Shown piece after piece: positions 20,080 through 29,813 of a stretch of 33,496 bases of DNA. Every line of letters starts with the position of its first letter. Within the stretch, counting starts at the first letter, position 1. The translations under genes and the position numbers were made by a program. This DNA is from Barthelona sp. PAP020 (lineage: Eukaryota), in contig JARQWU010000096.1 in NCBI GenBank assembly GCA_040182905.1, positions 1 through 33,496 on the forward strand, given 5' to 3'. Below the pieces are notes generated by a model. It was not told where the DNA came from, made no database searches, and worked only from the letters and a program-made list of their open reading frames with translations.

Positions 20080-21957
20080 CTAATCCCAAAAGCGCAATCT
20101 CATTCCTAAGGTTTCCATAGCAACTTCAACAGTTTCTTCAGTCATCCAATCATCGGTAACACGCACATATTTGATTTTTTCATTGGCTTGCAAGAAAGTA
20201 ATTAAAGGTGAGATTGATTCCTCAGTTAAATCGTTGTCATTCAATTCTAAAACTTCAAGATGACTTTCTTCTTCAGATAAAGCTTCAATAATAGGTTCAA
20301 TGGCACTAATGTTATTCTTATACAATTCAAGAACCTTAAGATTTGCTTTTTCAAGATGAAGATTGGCAACACCTTGATCAAAAATAGAATTTCTAGCCAA
20401 ACAAAGTTTTTCAATATTATCGTTTGCAACAACATCAGCTAAATGTTCACACATGATATCGTTAATATCACAATCACGCAAATCGATTTCCTTTAAGGTC
20501 TTATTGGCACTCAACCCTTCGCAAAGTTTAGCAAAATCATCTTCACTAATTTGAGAATTTCTGAAAGAAATTTTTTCCAAAGAAGTAGTATTTTCCAAAT
20601 ATGAATGAATAGAAACACCAAGATCATCATTGAATTGACAAGAAACAATCAATTCTTTGAGAGTTGCATTTTCGATTTCTTTTAACTTTTCTAAAATTTC
20701 AACAAAAACATTGGCTTCCACATTGGTCTTTGAAAGATCAAGATATTCAAGAGGGTATTCATCTAATTTGGGAATCATAGGCATGAGGGCCAAACCATTA
20801 ATTTCGTTGCCAGATAGATCCAATCTCTTCAAATGCATGTTCTTTAAAACACGTCCTAATCTCTTAGAGCATTCAGCAGGAATATCACAACGTTCAATTA
20901 CCAATTCTTCAAGTCCTTCAGCAGTTCTGAGATGTCTAAAAAGTTGATCCCATTCATCAACAGTCATTTTAAATTCAGTTAAAATGAGAGATTTGATAGA
21001 ACCACTCTTACAAATGTGACCAAGAGCCTTGATAACATGCAAATAATCACCTCCCTCTCTCATATTTAAAACAAGTTTTTCAAGATTAGGATTCTTAGCA
21101 AATGCTTGGTACAAACCATAACCAAAACGATTGGTAGCAAATGCATTGACAATCTTCACCTCCTTCAAGTTAGTGTTATCTTGCAAATTAGCTAAAAGAT
21201 GGCCAATGGATTTCTTAGTACATTCACCAATACCAATGGTGAGAGAAGTAAGAGTAGAAATAGCATCAACTAAATTGGTAAAAGCAGAAACTTCAGCAAA
21301 AGATAAACTACCAACACGAACGGAAAGTTTGGTAAGTGGTTCTGCTCTAAACTCAGCGGCCCAGGCAAGAACTTGACCATTTGGAATGTTTAATGAAAGA
21401 TGATTTACATGATCATTAATTGAAAGACATTCAAGTAATTCTTTGGTAAAACGCTTATCAACATCAGTCAATGAATCAGAATCGCATTTAATATTGATAC
21501 GGTCGACAGATGTATTGGTTTCTAATCCCTTAACACAACGGAAAGAAAAGTTTTCACGATCTTCAGTAATGGGGAAAACAAAAGTGAGAATATCTAATTC
21601 AGGATTGTTTTCAGCAAGCATTTTAAGCATTTGTTCTTGAGCTTTGGTAGCATCACCTTCAGCATAGGTTTTTTCCAAAACAGAATCAGGAATTTCAGGA
21701 GCTTCAACATTGGAGTTTTCTTCTTCTTCTTCTTCATCATTTTCATCTTCTAAATCAGAATCTTCCAAATCAGAATCAGAATCAACTTCCTGTTGAACAG
21801 GAGTAGTTTCTTCTTGAACAGGAGTAGTTTCTTGAGGTGTTGTATCCGTAACTTCTTGTTTTTGTTCAGTTTTAGTTTCCTCAACTTCCTGTTTTTGTTC
21901 AGTTTTAGTTTCTTCAACTTCTTCAATAACCTCTTCTTTTGAACCAGAGCAGCCCAT
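20080..21957 (-). CDS. RI-like leucine-rich-repeat protein with an N-terminal myristoylation/palmitoylation motif, 625 aa
   Basis: Starts MGCSGSK, followed by an acidic repeat linker. LRR units include LKRLDLSGNEI, LEYLDLSKTNV, LKEIDLRDCDI, LKVLELYKNNI and LEVLELNDNDL. Confidence 0.88.
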   Translation of the reverse strand: MGCSGSKEEVIEEVEETKTEQKQEVEETKTEQKQEVTDTTPQETTPVQEETTPVQQEVDSDSDLEDSDLEDENDEEEEEENSNVEAPEIPDSVLEKTYAEGDATKAQEQMLKMLAENNPELDILTFVFPITEDRENFSFRCVKGLETNTSVDRINIKCDSDSLTDVDKRFTKELLECLSINDHVNHLSLNIPNGQVLAWAAEFRAEPLTKLSVRVGSLSFAEVSAFTNLVDAISTLTSLTIGIGECTKKSIGHLLANLQDNTNLKEVKIVNAFATNRFGYGLYQAFAKNPNLEKLVLNMREGGDYLHVIKALGHICKSGSIKSLILTEFKMTVDEWDQLFRHLRTAEGLEELVIERCDIPAECSKRLGRVLKNMHLKRLDLSGNEINGLALMPMIPKLDEYPLEYLDLSKTNVEANVFVEILEKLKEIENATLKELIVSCQFNDDLGVSIHSYLENTTSLEKISFRNSQISEDDFAKLCEGLSANKTLKEIDLRDCDINDIMCEHLADVVANDNIEKLCLARNSIFDQGVANLHLEKANLKVLELYKNNISAIEPIIEALSEEESHLEVLELNDNDLTEESISPLITFLQANEKIKYVRVTDDWMTEETVEVAMETLGMRLRFWD

Positions 21958-22045
21958 TTAATATATGAATTGTATACAAAAAAAAAATATTAAAAAATTG
22001 AAATCTAAAAATGGTTTGAATCTCAATTTTTCTTTAATTTGACAG
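21958..22045. promoter_or_regulatory. 88-bp divergent intergenic region (putative bidirectional promoter, LRR/calnexin)
   Basis: Head-to-head ATGs at 21957(-) and 22046(+). Confidence 0.55.
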
Positions 22046-23914
22046 ATGAAACAAATATTAATATTTGGTCTAATATTGTGTGTATGTCTTGCAAATGAAA
22101 GTATTTCAGAAGAAATACATACTGATTTTGAAGATTTTGAACCTATTGGAGAATATTCATTTTTTGACCCTTTATCTAGTTTAGATAACTGGGTTCAAAC
22201 TAAAGAAAAAGAGTGGCAAGGTGAATTTATTGTTGCCAAGCCTTCAGGTTTTAGTGGATTGCCTTTACAAAAAGGTATCGTTTTTTCTGAAGAAGGTAAG
22301 AGATATGGATATTCAACTAAATTTGATGAACCTTTAAACTTTAATGGTAAACCGTTGGTTGTTCAATATGAAGTAAAGTTTCAAGAAGGTTTGATGTGTG
22401 GTGGCGCCTATTTAAAATTGTTGCAATCATTGGAAGATCCTTATAAATTTAAGGATACGACACCTTATGTGATAATGTTTGGTCCTGATCGTTGTGGTGC
22501 AACTAATAAAGTTCATTTTATTTACAAGTATGAAAACCCCCTTTCTGGTGAATATCAAGAACATCATTTGAAGAACCCTCCTCCTGTTCCCACGGATGAA
22601 ATATCTCATCTTTACACTTTAATTTTAAGACCTGACTATACTTATTCAGTTTTAATTGACAATCAAGTTTTTAAGAAAGGAAGTATTCTTGAAGATTTTG
22701 AACCACCTCTTAATCCTCCTAAGACTATTGACGATCCAAATGATATAAAGCCTGAAGATTGGGTTGATGAAGAATACATTGCTGATCCAGATGATGTAAA
22801 GCCTGAGGATTGGGATGAAACTGCACCAAAAATGATTGTTGACCCTGATGATATCATGCCTGAAGATTGGTTAGTTGATGAAGAACAATTTATTCCAGAT
22901 CCTGAGGATGTTGCTCCTGAAGATTGGGATGAAGAAGAAGATGGAGAATATTTGAGCAACATGATTCCCAACCCTAAATGTGAATCTAATGGTTGTGGAC
23001 CTTATGAACCTAAAATGATTCCAAATCCCGCTTATAAAGGTCCTTTTATTCCTAAACAAATCAAGAATCCTGCTTTTAAAGGAATATGGGCACCCCAAAA
23101 GATTGAAAATCCACATTATTTTGAAACTAAAGAGCCTGAATTTGATTCTATTGTTGGAATTGGTTTTGATTTGTTTTCTATGAATAAAGGTGTGTTATTC
23201 AACAATTTACTTGTATGTAATGATGAAGATGTTGCAAAAGACTTTGCAGAAACATCATTTGTCAAAAAGCACTCCATTGAAAAGGATGAAATTGAAAGAT
23301 TAGCAAAGGAGCAACGTAAAGCCGCCGCTGCTGCCAGTCATGGTAAAGGGATTAAAGGAAAATTCAATTACTATTCTGAGGTATTCGTTGCAATGATGAA
23401 AGAGTATCCTACCTTAAGTATTACAGTTTTCTTCGCAACTTTAGTTATGATTATTGCTTGTTATTGTCGTCGTAACAAGAAGTTTGATGATGTCGATTTA
23501 GAATCTGATGAAGAAGCTTCTGAAATGACTAACGATGAAGCAACTGAAGATGAAGAAGAAGAACACAATGAAGAAAATGAAGAAAATGAAGAAATTCTAT
23601 CACCTGTGGTTGGAACTTCTGAACTTGTTGATCAAGAAGAAGAAATGGAAGAGATTGAAGAAGATGAAGAAGAAGAAGAAGAACCGAAAAAAACTATTGA
23701 AGAAGTTGCTTCTGTTAAAACACCTGAAAAGGTTGAAGATGTTCATGAAGATGTTAAGGCTGTTGTTGAGCCAAAGCCTGTTATTGAAATGGAAACACCA
23801 ATTGAAAAGGAAACTATTGAAGAGGAAGTTTCTCCTGAAGAAACAGTCGATACCAACACTCCCATTGTGAAAACAAAAAGAAACAGAAAAAGAGCTCCAA
23901 AGAGAACTAATTGA
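22046..23914 (+). CDS. CANX: Calnexin, 622 aa
   Basis: Signal peptide; LVVQYEVK, CGGAYLKLL and IMFGPDRCG motifs; P-domain repeats (IxDPxDxKPEDWD, IPNPxYKG); TM with juxtamembrane Cys; acidic tail ending in a basic ER-retention-like KRAPKRTN. The TM distinguishes it from calreticulin. Confidence 0.96.
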   Translation: MKQILIFGLILCVCLANESISEEIHTDFEDFEPIGEYSFFDPLSSLDNWVQTKEKEWQGEFIVAKPSGFSGLPLQKGIVFSEEGKRYGYSTKFDEPLNFNGKPLVVQYEVKFQEGLMCGGAYLKLLQSLEDPYKFKDTTPYVIMFGPDRCGATNKVHFIYKYENPLSGEYQEHHLKNPPPVPTDEISHLYTLILRPDYTYSVLIDNQVFKKGSILEDFEPPLNPPKTIDDPNDIKPEDWVDEEYIADPDDVKPEDWDETAPKMIVDPDDIMPEDWLVDEEQFIPDPEDVAPEDWDEEEDGEYLSNMIPNPKCESNGCGPYEPKMIPNPAYKGPFIPKQIKNPAFKGIWAPQKIENPHYFETKEPEFDSIVGIGFDLFSMNKGVLFNNLLVCNDEDVAKDFAETSFVKKHSIEKDEIERLAKEQRKAAAAASHGKGIKGKFNYYSEVFVAMMKEYPTLSITVFFATLVMIIACYCRRNKKFDDVDLESDEEASEMTNDEATEDEEEEHNEENEENEEILSPVVGTSELVDQEEEMEEIEEDEEEEEEPKKTIEEVASVKTPEKVEDVHEDVKAVVEPKPVIEMETPIEKETIEEEVSPEETVDTNTPIVKTKRNRKRAPKRTN

Positions 23915-24174
23915 TTCACTTTCTTTTTTTCTTTTTTTGACATTTTTTTTGTTCGATAAATAATACCCTTGTGTGATTTATTTTTGTAAGAATTATTAGG
24001 TTTTGGGAAAATTTTGGAAGTATTTTAACTTTGAAAGTTGGAATGAATTGGAGTCTATACTTGATCAAAAATAAACATAAACATTTATTTGACGTTGAGG
24101 AATATTTCATGAACTTTTTAAATCTATATTACATGTTAGTATTTGCAAATATTGAAAAAGTGAATCATTTGGGG

Positions 24175-24639
24175 TTAGTTTTCTTTCTTATTCATGGTTT
24201 CTTTTTCAGAATTTAGATGAACTATGATCCATTTTATAACAGGGCCCAAAATCTTCTTGTTAAAAATTTCTCGAATTTTTTGTGATTGAATTTTTGCGAA
24301 TGATTGTACAAAATCAATCAAAGAATCAATAAATAGTTCTTGTTTTACAATATATGGTTTTAAATATTCAAATAATTTAGAAGGATAATTATTTGAAGAA
24401 TTTAACATCAAAAGAATAAAAATTAGCTTTAAACTTTCATAAAAAAGAGTATTTTGATAGAAAAAGTCAAAAATATACGTTATCAATGAAAAAATACTAA
24501 AAATAAAGTAATAATAACACCAAAAAACAATATCACCAATTTTTGGATTTGGATTTTTTAATATCTTGAACAATTGATATCCTGGATATGTTAATCCTAT
24601 AGATTGAACAATAAATGAATTCATTGAATTGATTGACAT
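24175..24639 (-). CDS. TB2/DP1/HVA22 (REEP/Yop1-family) ER-shaping membrane protein, 154 aa
   Basis: IGLTYPGYQLFK, FWCYYYFIFSIF, FYESLKLIFILLM and YLKPYI...E..ID match the family pattern GxxYPAYxSxK / WLxYW / YxxxKxxFxxWL. Confidence 0.8.
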   Translation of the reverse strand: MSINSMNSFIVQSIGLTYPGYQLFKILKNPNPKIGDIVFWCYYYFIFSIFSLITYIFDFFYQNTLFYESLKLIFILLMLNSSNNYPSKLFEYLKPYIVKQELFIDSLIDFVQSFAKIQSQKIREIFNKKILGPVIKWIIVHLNSEKETMNKKEN

Positions 24640-24798
24640 GTATATTAATATAACTTTAAACAGACATTTTTTTTTTACATTTATACAGCATATATGTTAA
24701 AAACATAAAAATCATAAAAAAAGAAAAATAAATATATATGTTGTTTATACACTTGTTTTAATTTTTAAAAATAATCAAAAAATCAAGAAAGAAGAAAC

Positions 24799-27700
24799 TT
24801 ATATGAAAGGTGTTCTGGGTTTTTTGGTTGATGATTCAAAACCTCCAATAGTGAATTCCATTTCTCTTAAATTAGCCATTAATTCTTGTTTTGTTGAATT
24901 AATTTCTTCAGAAGTAATTTGTCTTGATGTTTCATCAAGTTTTTTCCCTTGTTTTAAAGTTTTACGTATAACATCGTTTAACAATTGATCATCAGTGGTT
25001 TGATTTAAATCATAAAAATCTAAATCTTCGTTAGACAATGAATTAATGTTCAAAGCTTGTTTTGATCTAAATTGTAAAGGTGTTGATGAGAAAGATTGAG
25101 GTTGAGAATGCATTTGAGCATGTATTTGAGTACTTTCAAGATCTAACATTGTTTTAGCAAGATCTGATTCCAGAATATCCAATCTTTCAGATAAAGAAGC
25201 AAATTGAGTTTCCAAAATTATTTGTTGATCTTCATTCTTTTGTGAAAAATCGACAACATCATTGCTAGCAATTTCAGCTAATCTGCTTGATGATTTAACT
25301 TCTTTTTGTATACTATTTATTTGATTTGTTAACTCATTTAATTGATCTTCAACAATCATTTTGGTTTTTTCAGTTAATTCAAAGGCCTTTTTATGTAATT
25401 GATGATTCTCTTCATTTTCTTGTAATATTGGCTCTATTTCAATCTTTAACATTTCAACTTCATTAACTATTTTATTCAAATTTTCCAAAGGTATGTTTGA
25501 TAAAGAATCAAACATATTTTTTAAACGTTTTTCAACATTGGTTAAGAAAGATTTACTTTCAAAGACATCTTTTTCTAATTTACTGAATCTATTTATAGTA
25601 AGATTATTGATTTTTGCATCAGCAACACTCACATATTTTTCAGCGAATTTCTCTGTAGCTTTTGAAAATTGAATAATTTTTTGTTCAGTAATTAAATCAA
25701 TTTCTTTATTTAAATCATTTAAAATTGCTGATAATTGTTTTATTACGTTCATATTTAAAATTTTTTCAATCTCATTCTTTTGATTGGCATTCATCTCCTT
25801 GAATCCATTGAATATATTGTTCATTTCAACTTTTAGAGAATTTAAATCCTCAATACGTGGTATATCAGCAGAAATTTGAATATTTGATAACTCTTTCATT
25901 TGTTCCTTGATTTCTTTGATCTCATCATCTAATCTTACAACATTCATATTAGTGGAATAATTGTTATTTAAATCATCACTTATCAATTCCAAATCATTTG
26001 TAACTTGATCAAAATTTTCTTGGAAATTTTTAAATTCTTTGTTCATTTCTTTTGTGTTATTCTTAATTTCATCAATCTCATTAGTCAAAAATGAATTATT
26101 TGCTTTTAATTCTTGAACTTCAATCATTAACTTTTGATACTTTTCATTCAATACTTTTTCATTATTTTCAAAATTAGCTCCAAAACTTTCAAAACTTTCA
26201 AAACTTTCATTAACTTTCAAATCAATACTTTCAATTTTTTCATTCAATTTCACAAATTGTTCTCTAGTGCCTTCATTAGTTTGCACAATCTCATTCAATG
26301 CTTCTGTTATTATTTCAGATTGTTCAAACACAGATATAATATCATTAGTATTCTTTTCAACTTGATTAATTAATGTATTAAACGTTTGATTATTCTCTTC
26401 AATTATCTTAATCAAATCGTTGTTGCATTCATCAACACTATTCATAATCTTTTCATCAATTTCATTGTCATGAACATTCATTTTTGCTTCAATACTATCA
26501 ATTCTATCAGTGATATCCTTCAAATCTTCAGTAAAAGTCAATAACAATTCATTATTTTGTTGATTAAGACTATCAGATTCAGTTTTAGACTCAGTTTTAG
26601 ATTCAAGGTTAGATTCAGATTCATCTTCATTTGCATCTTCACTTTGCTTTTCATTAATCTCATTAACTTTATCCAAAACTGTTCCAACAATATCTTGTAA
26701 TTCACGAGACTCAGTAGTGACTTCAACTATCTTTTCATCATAATGTTCAAATAACTTAGTATGTGTTCTTGTAGTCGTTTGTAAATGATTTTGTTCATCA
26801 ACTAAACCTTGAATATCATTAATCAATGCTTCTTTGAAAGAAATAAATGATTCGTTCTTTTCTATGTTAAGTTTGGTTTCAAGTTCATCTTTTATGAAAT
26901 CTTTCATTTGAGTTTCAACTTCATTTTTTACTAATTCAATAATGCTATCAAGATCAACATCCTTTTTTACACCATCTTTATTGTCAGCTTCCAATTTCTT
27001 GATGCGTTCACTGAAACTTTCTTGATTCTTAACATTTTCTTCCATAAATAAAGAGATTTGTAAATTGGTTTTGTCTTGATTCTCTTTGATCTCTTTAATC
27101 AAAGCAATTTCACTTGATAATTCTGATTGTTTATGTTTAATTGATTCTTGTTCAGTTAGGATTGATTTGATATCAACGTCTATTTGTTCTTTTGCTTTTC
27201 CAACAGCAATAGTTGACACATTTGCACATTCATTAACAATCGCTGAAGTATCAAACTTAGCTATCAATTCCAATTGCGGTTCAAAATGATCAATAAAAGT
27301 ATTTAAATCCTTTTCTAGTCCATCCAATTTTCTTTGCAACTCAAAAACCAAATTTGAATTTGAATTTGAATTTGAAGAATTTAAATTTAAATTTGAAGTC
27401 GAATTAACATCCACATTTTGATCTGATGGTGAGGATGGTGCAATTTCAACTTGTTGTCCTAATGGTGAAGGTTGTCTAGGCTGATGAAACATTTCAACAA
27501 CACCTTTAGAATCTTCCCTTTCCAAAATTTCACCCAATTCAATAAAAGCGTTTTCTAACTCGTTTGATTCATTATCAGAATTATGTTTTGAACTTGGTTC
27601 AACACTCTTTTGAACAATAGGAACACTAGGAAGACTTGGTTCAGGTAATTTAGAATGTGTAATAGTAAAAAACTCACTTAATGCCAGTCGAAAATATATC

Positions 27701-28242
27701 AAACTGGAAACCTTTCTATTTTGTCTGTTTGAAGGAATTTTCCAAAATCCATCTCGTAATTTTTGCAATTGTTCTTTGCTAAACACCAATTGAGATAATT
27801 TTCTGCAAGTTTCATGACTTAAAGCACGCTCACGTAAAAATAAATAATGATTTTCGGCATCTTTTCCCAATAAATTCCTGTTATGACTGAATAATCGCCC
27901 CCAAACTTCCAAAAAAAATACAGTTGCATCAACACCAAAATCTGGACTTATAAAGTAAGAAAACAACTCAACTTCTGAATCCTTATTAACCCATTCATTA
28001 ACACTGGTAAAAATTTGATTCAATGCATCTCTCACCAATCTAATATCTCCATATTTGTTAAACAGATATGCAACAACATTTGGTGGAACATTGGCATCTG
28101 GTAATCGAGTTTCAGGAGTAAATAATGTTGCAGGACTTTCATAAGTAAATTTGTAAATATTAAATGAGGTTTGAAGAACAAATTTCAAATTCGGGTTATC
28201 ATCAATTGTTTGCCTTGATAATATATTAATTTTCAAAGGCAT
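24799..28242 (-). CDS. Large coiled-coil protein (1147 aa) with an unassigned N-terminal globular domain of about 195 aa
   Basis: Long uninterrupted ORF with E/K/N/Q/L heptad-rich sequence from about aa 300. No Walker A or motor motif seen. Confidence 0.8.
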   Translation of the reverse strand: MPLKINILSRQTIDDNPNLKFVLQTSFNIYKFTYESPATLFTPETRLPDANVPPNVVAYLFNKYGDIRLVRDALNQIFTSVNEWVNKDSEVELFSYFISPDFGVDATVFFLEVWGRLFSHNRNLLGKDAENHYLFLRERALSHETCRKLSQLVFSKEQLQKLRDGFWKIPSNRQNRKVSSLIYFRLALSEFFTITHSKLPEPSLPSVPIVQKSVEPSSKHNSDNESNELENAFIELGEILEREDSKGVVEMFHQPRQPSPLGQQVEIAPSSPSDQNVDVNSTSNLNLNSSNSNSNSNLVFELQRKLDGLEKDLNTFIDHFEPQLELIAKFDTSAIVNECANVSTIAVGKAKEQIDVDIKSILTEQESIKHKQSELSSEIALIKEIKENQDKTNLQISLFMEENVKNQESFSERIKKLEADNKDGVKKDVDLDSIIELVKNEVETQMKDFIKDELETKLNIEKNESFISFKEALINDIQGLVDEQNHLQTTTRTHTKLFEHYDEKIVEVTTESRELQDIVGTVLDKVNEINEKQSEDANEDESESNLESKTESKTESDSLNQQNNELLLTFTEDLKDITDRIDSIEAKMNVHDNEIDEKIMNSVDECNNDLIKIIEENNQTFNTLINQVEKNTNDIISVFEQSEIITEALNEIVQTNEGTREQFVKLNEKIESIDLKVNESFESFESFGANFENNEKVLNEKYQKLMIEVQELKANNSFLTNEIDEIKNNTKEMNKEFKNFQENFDQVTNDLELISDDLNNNYSTNMNVVRLDDEIKEIKEQMKELSNIQISADIPRIEDLNSLKVEMNNIFNGFKEMNANQKNEIEKILNMNVIKQLSAILNDLNKEIDLITEQKIIQFSKATEKFAEKYVSVADAKINNLTINRFSKLEKDVFESKSFLTNVEKRLKNMFDSLSNIPLENLNKIVNEVEMLKIEIEPILQENEENHQLHKKAFELTEKTKMIVEDQLNELTNQINSIQKEVKSSSRLAEIASNDVVDFSQKNEDQQIILETQFASLSERLDILESDLAKTMLDLESTQIHAQMHSQPQSFSSTPLQFRSKQALNINSLSNEDLDFYDLNQTTDDQLLNDVIRKTLKQGKKLDETSRQITSEEINSTKQELMANLREMEFTIGGFESSTKKPRTPFI

Positions 28243-28573
28243 TTTTGGGAAAAAAATTTGACATTCCTTTTTGTTTGAAATTTGAAAAAATCCTTTTTTT
28301 TCGATTTTTTTTCTTTTTTCATTTCATTTGGATATTATTTGTAAGCAAACTTCTTTTCATATTTAAAATTATTAATAATTTTTTTTCTTTGATGTTGAAT
28401 ATTGTTGTTGAAAGTTATTATTTTTAATTTTTTACTGATAGAATTTCAACTGAAAGTCAAAATAACGAAAAGAAAAAAAGTAAAAGAATAGAACAATTGT
28501 CAAAACTGTAAACTCAATTTCATCAAAGAAATTTTAATTATTTATTTGTTTATGTATTGATGAATAAGTGATT

Positions 28574-29662
28574 ATGCAAGTATATCAGACTCCATTAAAA
28601 AATGTTCAAGAAATATCGAGCAAAATACCCAAGAGATTAAAAGTTGCAGAAAAAAAATTACCTGAATATAGAAATGCATATATCAATGATTTAAAAAAAT
28701 ACTCTGAATCATTATGTGAAACAAATACAAGTTTTAACAATGTTGAAGAAATTAAAGCATCATCAAAAAAATTTTGCAATTGTCAACAGCAATTGATTAC
28801 TTTGGGAGAAAAATTATTTTTAAATTCATCTCAAATTCCATGTATTGATCTATCTATTGAAATTGATTGTAAATTGGATAATGAACAAATTAATACTGCG
28901 TTGGCGTATCATTTTGCCTCCCAAGGTTTTTGGAATTTTTCCAAAAATTTAGAATCAGTCAAAGTTGATAATTATAAAGATCTTTATTATTTCATTGATG
29001 AATTCAACAAGACAAATAATGCTTTCAAATTGTTGAATTATTTGGTTGACAATAAAGAGACTTTCAATAATTGTTTTGTTTGGCTCATTAAGCACTCATT
29101 TTATAAATATTATATGGAAAAAAATTTTCCGAAATGCATTGAAACAGTTCAAAAACACATACAGCATGTTCATGAAAGTAGAAAACTTGATATCTATAAA
29201 TTACTGTCTTTAATGAGTTTTGTGGAATTGGAACCTGAAGACTTTCCAAAGAGTTATTCAAGTTTGATAAGGGAGATGAATAATCTCTCACAAATAAAGT
29301 CTATTATCTGCTCTAATTTTTCGACAATTTTTGCTCAAATTAATGATCTACCCACTCAAAGTCATCTCAAGACTAGTTTTTCTGTTGGCAGGAGATCGTA
29401 TCCATTGTTGGCGAAGGTTTTACACATGCAAAAGGATCATCCTTCAGATACTTTCAATGCTTTATCTTTGAATTTGCCTTCAAATACCTGTTGTCATAGT
29501 GTCATTTGCTGTCCAGTTGAAAGAGGTATGATTAACAAAGGAGAAGCCTGTGTATTATCTTGTGGTCATGTGTGTGGTAAACAAAACGTTCGAGATTTAG
29601 ATTCTTGCCCTTGTTGTATGAAAAGATTAAGAAATTCACCAGTTATCATTAAAAATATGTAA
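28574..29662 (+). CDS. RMND5: RMND5/Gid2-like subunit of the CTLH/GID E3 ligase (LisH-CTLH-CRA-degenerate RING), 362 aa from ATG 28574
   Basis: LisH-like INTALAYHFASQGF. C-terminal HSVICCPV...LSCGHV...CPCC matches RMND5 HSIFACPI...LVCGHI...CPYC. Confidence 0.75.
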   Translation: MQVYQTPLKNVQEISSKIPKRLKVAEKKLPEYRNAYINDLKKYSESLCETNTSFNNVEEIKASSKKFCNCQQQLITLGEKLFLNSSQIPCIDLSIEIDCKLDNEQINTALAYHFASQGFWNFSKNLESVKVDNYKDLYYFIDEFNKTNNAFKLLNYLVDNKETFNNCFVWLIKHSFYKYYMEKNFPKCIETVQKHIQHVHESRKLDIYKLLSLMSFVELEPEDFPKSYSSLIREMNNLSQIKSIICSNFSTIFAQINDLPTQSHLKTSFSVGRRSYPLLAKVLHMQKDHPSDTFNALSLNLPSNTCCHSVICCPVERGMINKGEACVLSCGHVCGKQNVRDLDSCPCCMKRLRNSPVIIKNM

Positions 29663-29813
29663 ATATATGTATTCATTAGTTGTCAATTTGATTTATTTTT
29701 ATTATTATTCCATCAGTAAACCAAAAGAACAGTATTTAAAGGACCAAAGACTCTCTTTCATATACCGATATCTTTATCAAGTTTTTTTTTTTTTTTGATT
29801 CAATGTTGTTAAT

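Noticed and set aside
22046..24639. Functional ER gene cluster (calnexin plus REEP)
   Set aside because: Two adjacent ER genes in a compact genome are easily explained by chance, and synteny cannot be assessed here.
24799..28242. SMC, myosin or kinesin assignment for the coiled-coil protein
   Set aside because: No P-loop, hinge or motor motifs are visible.
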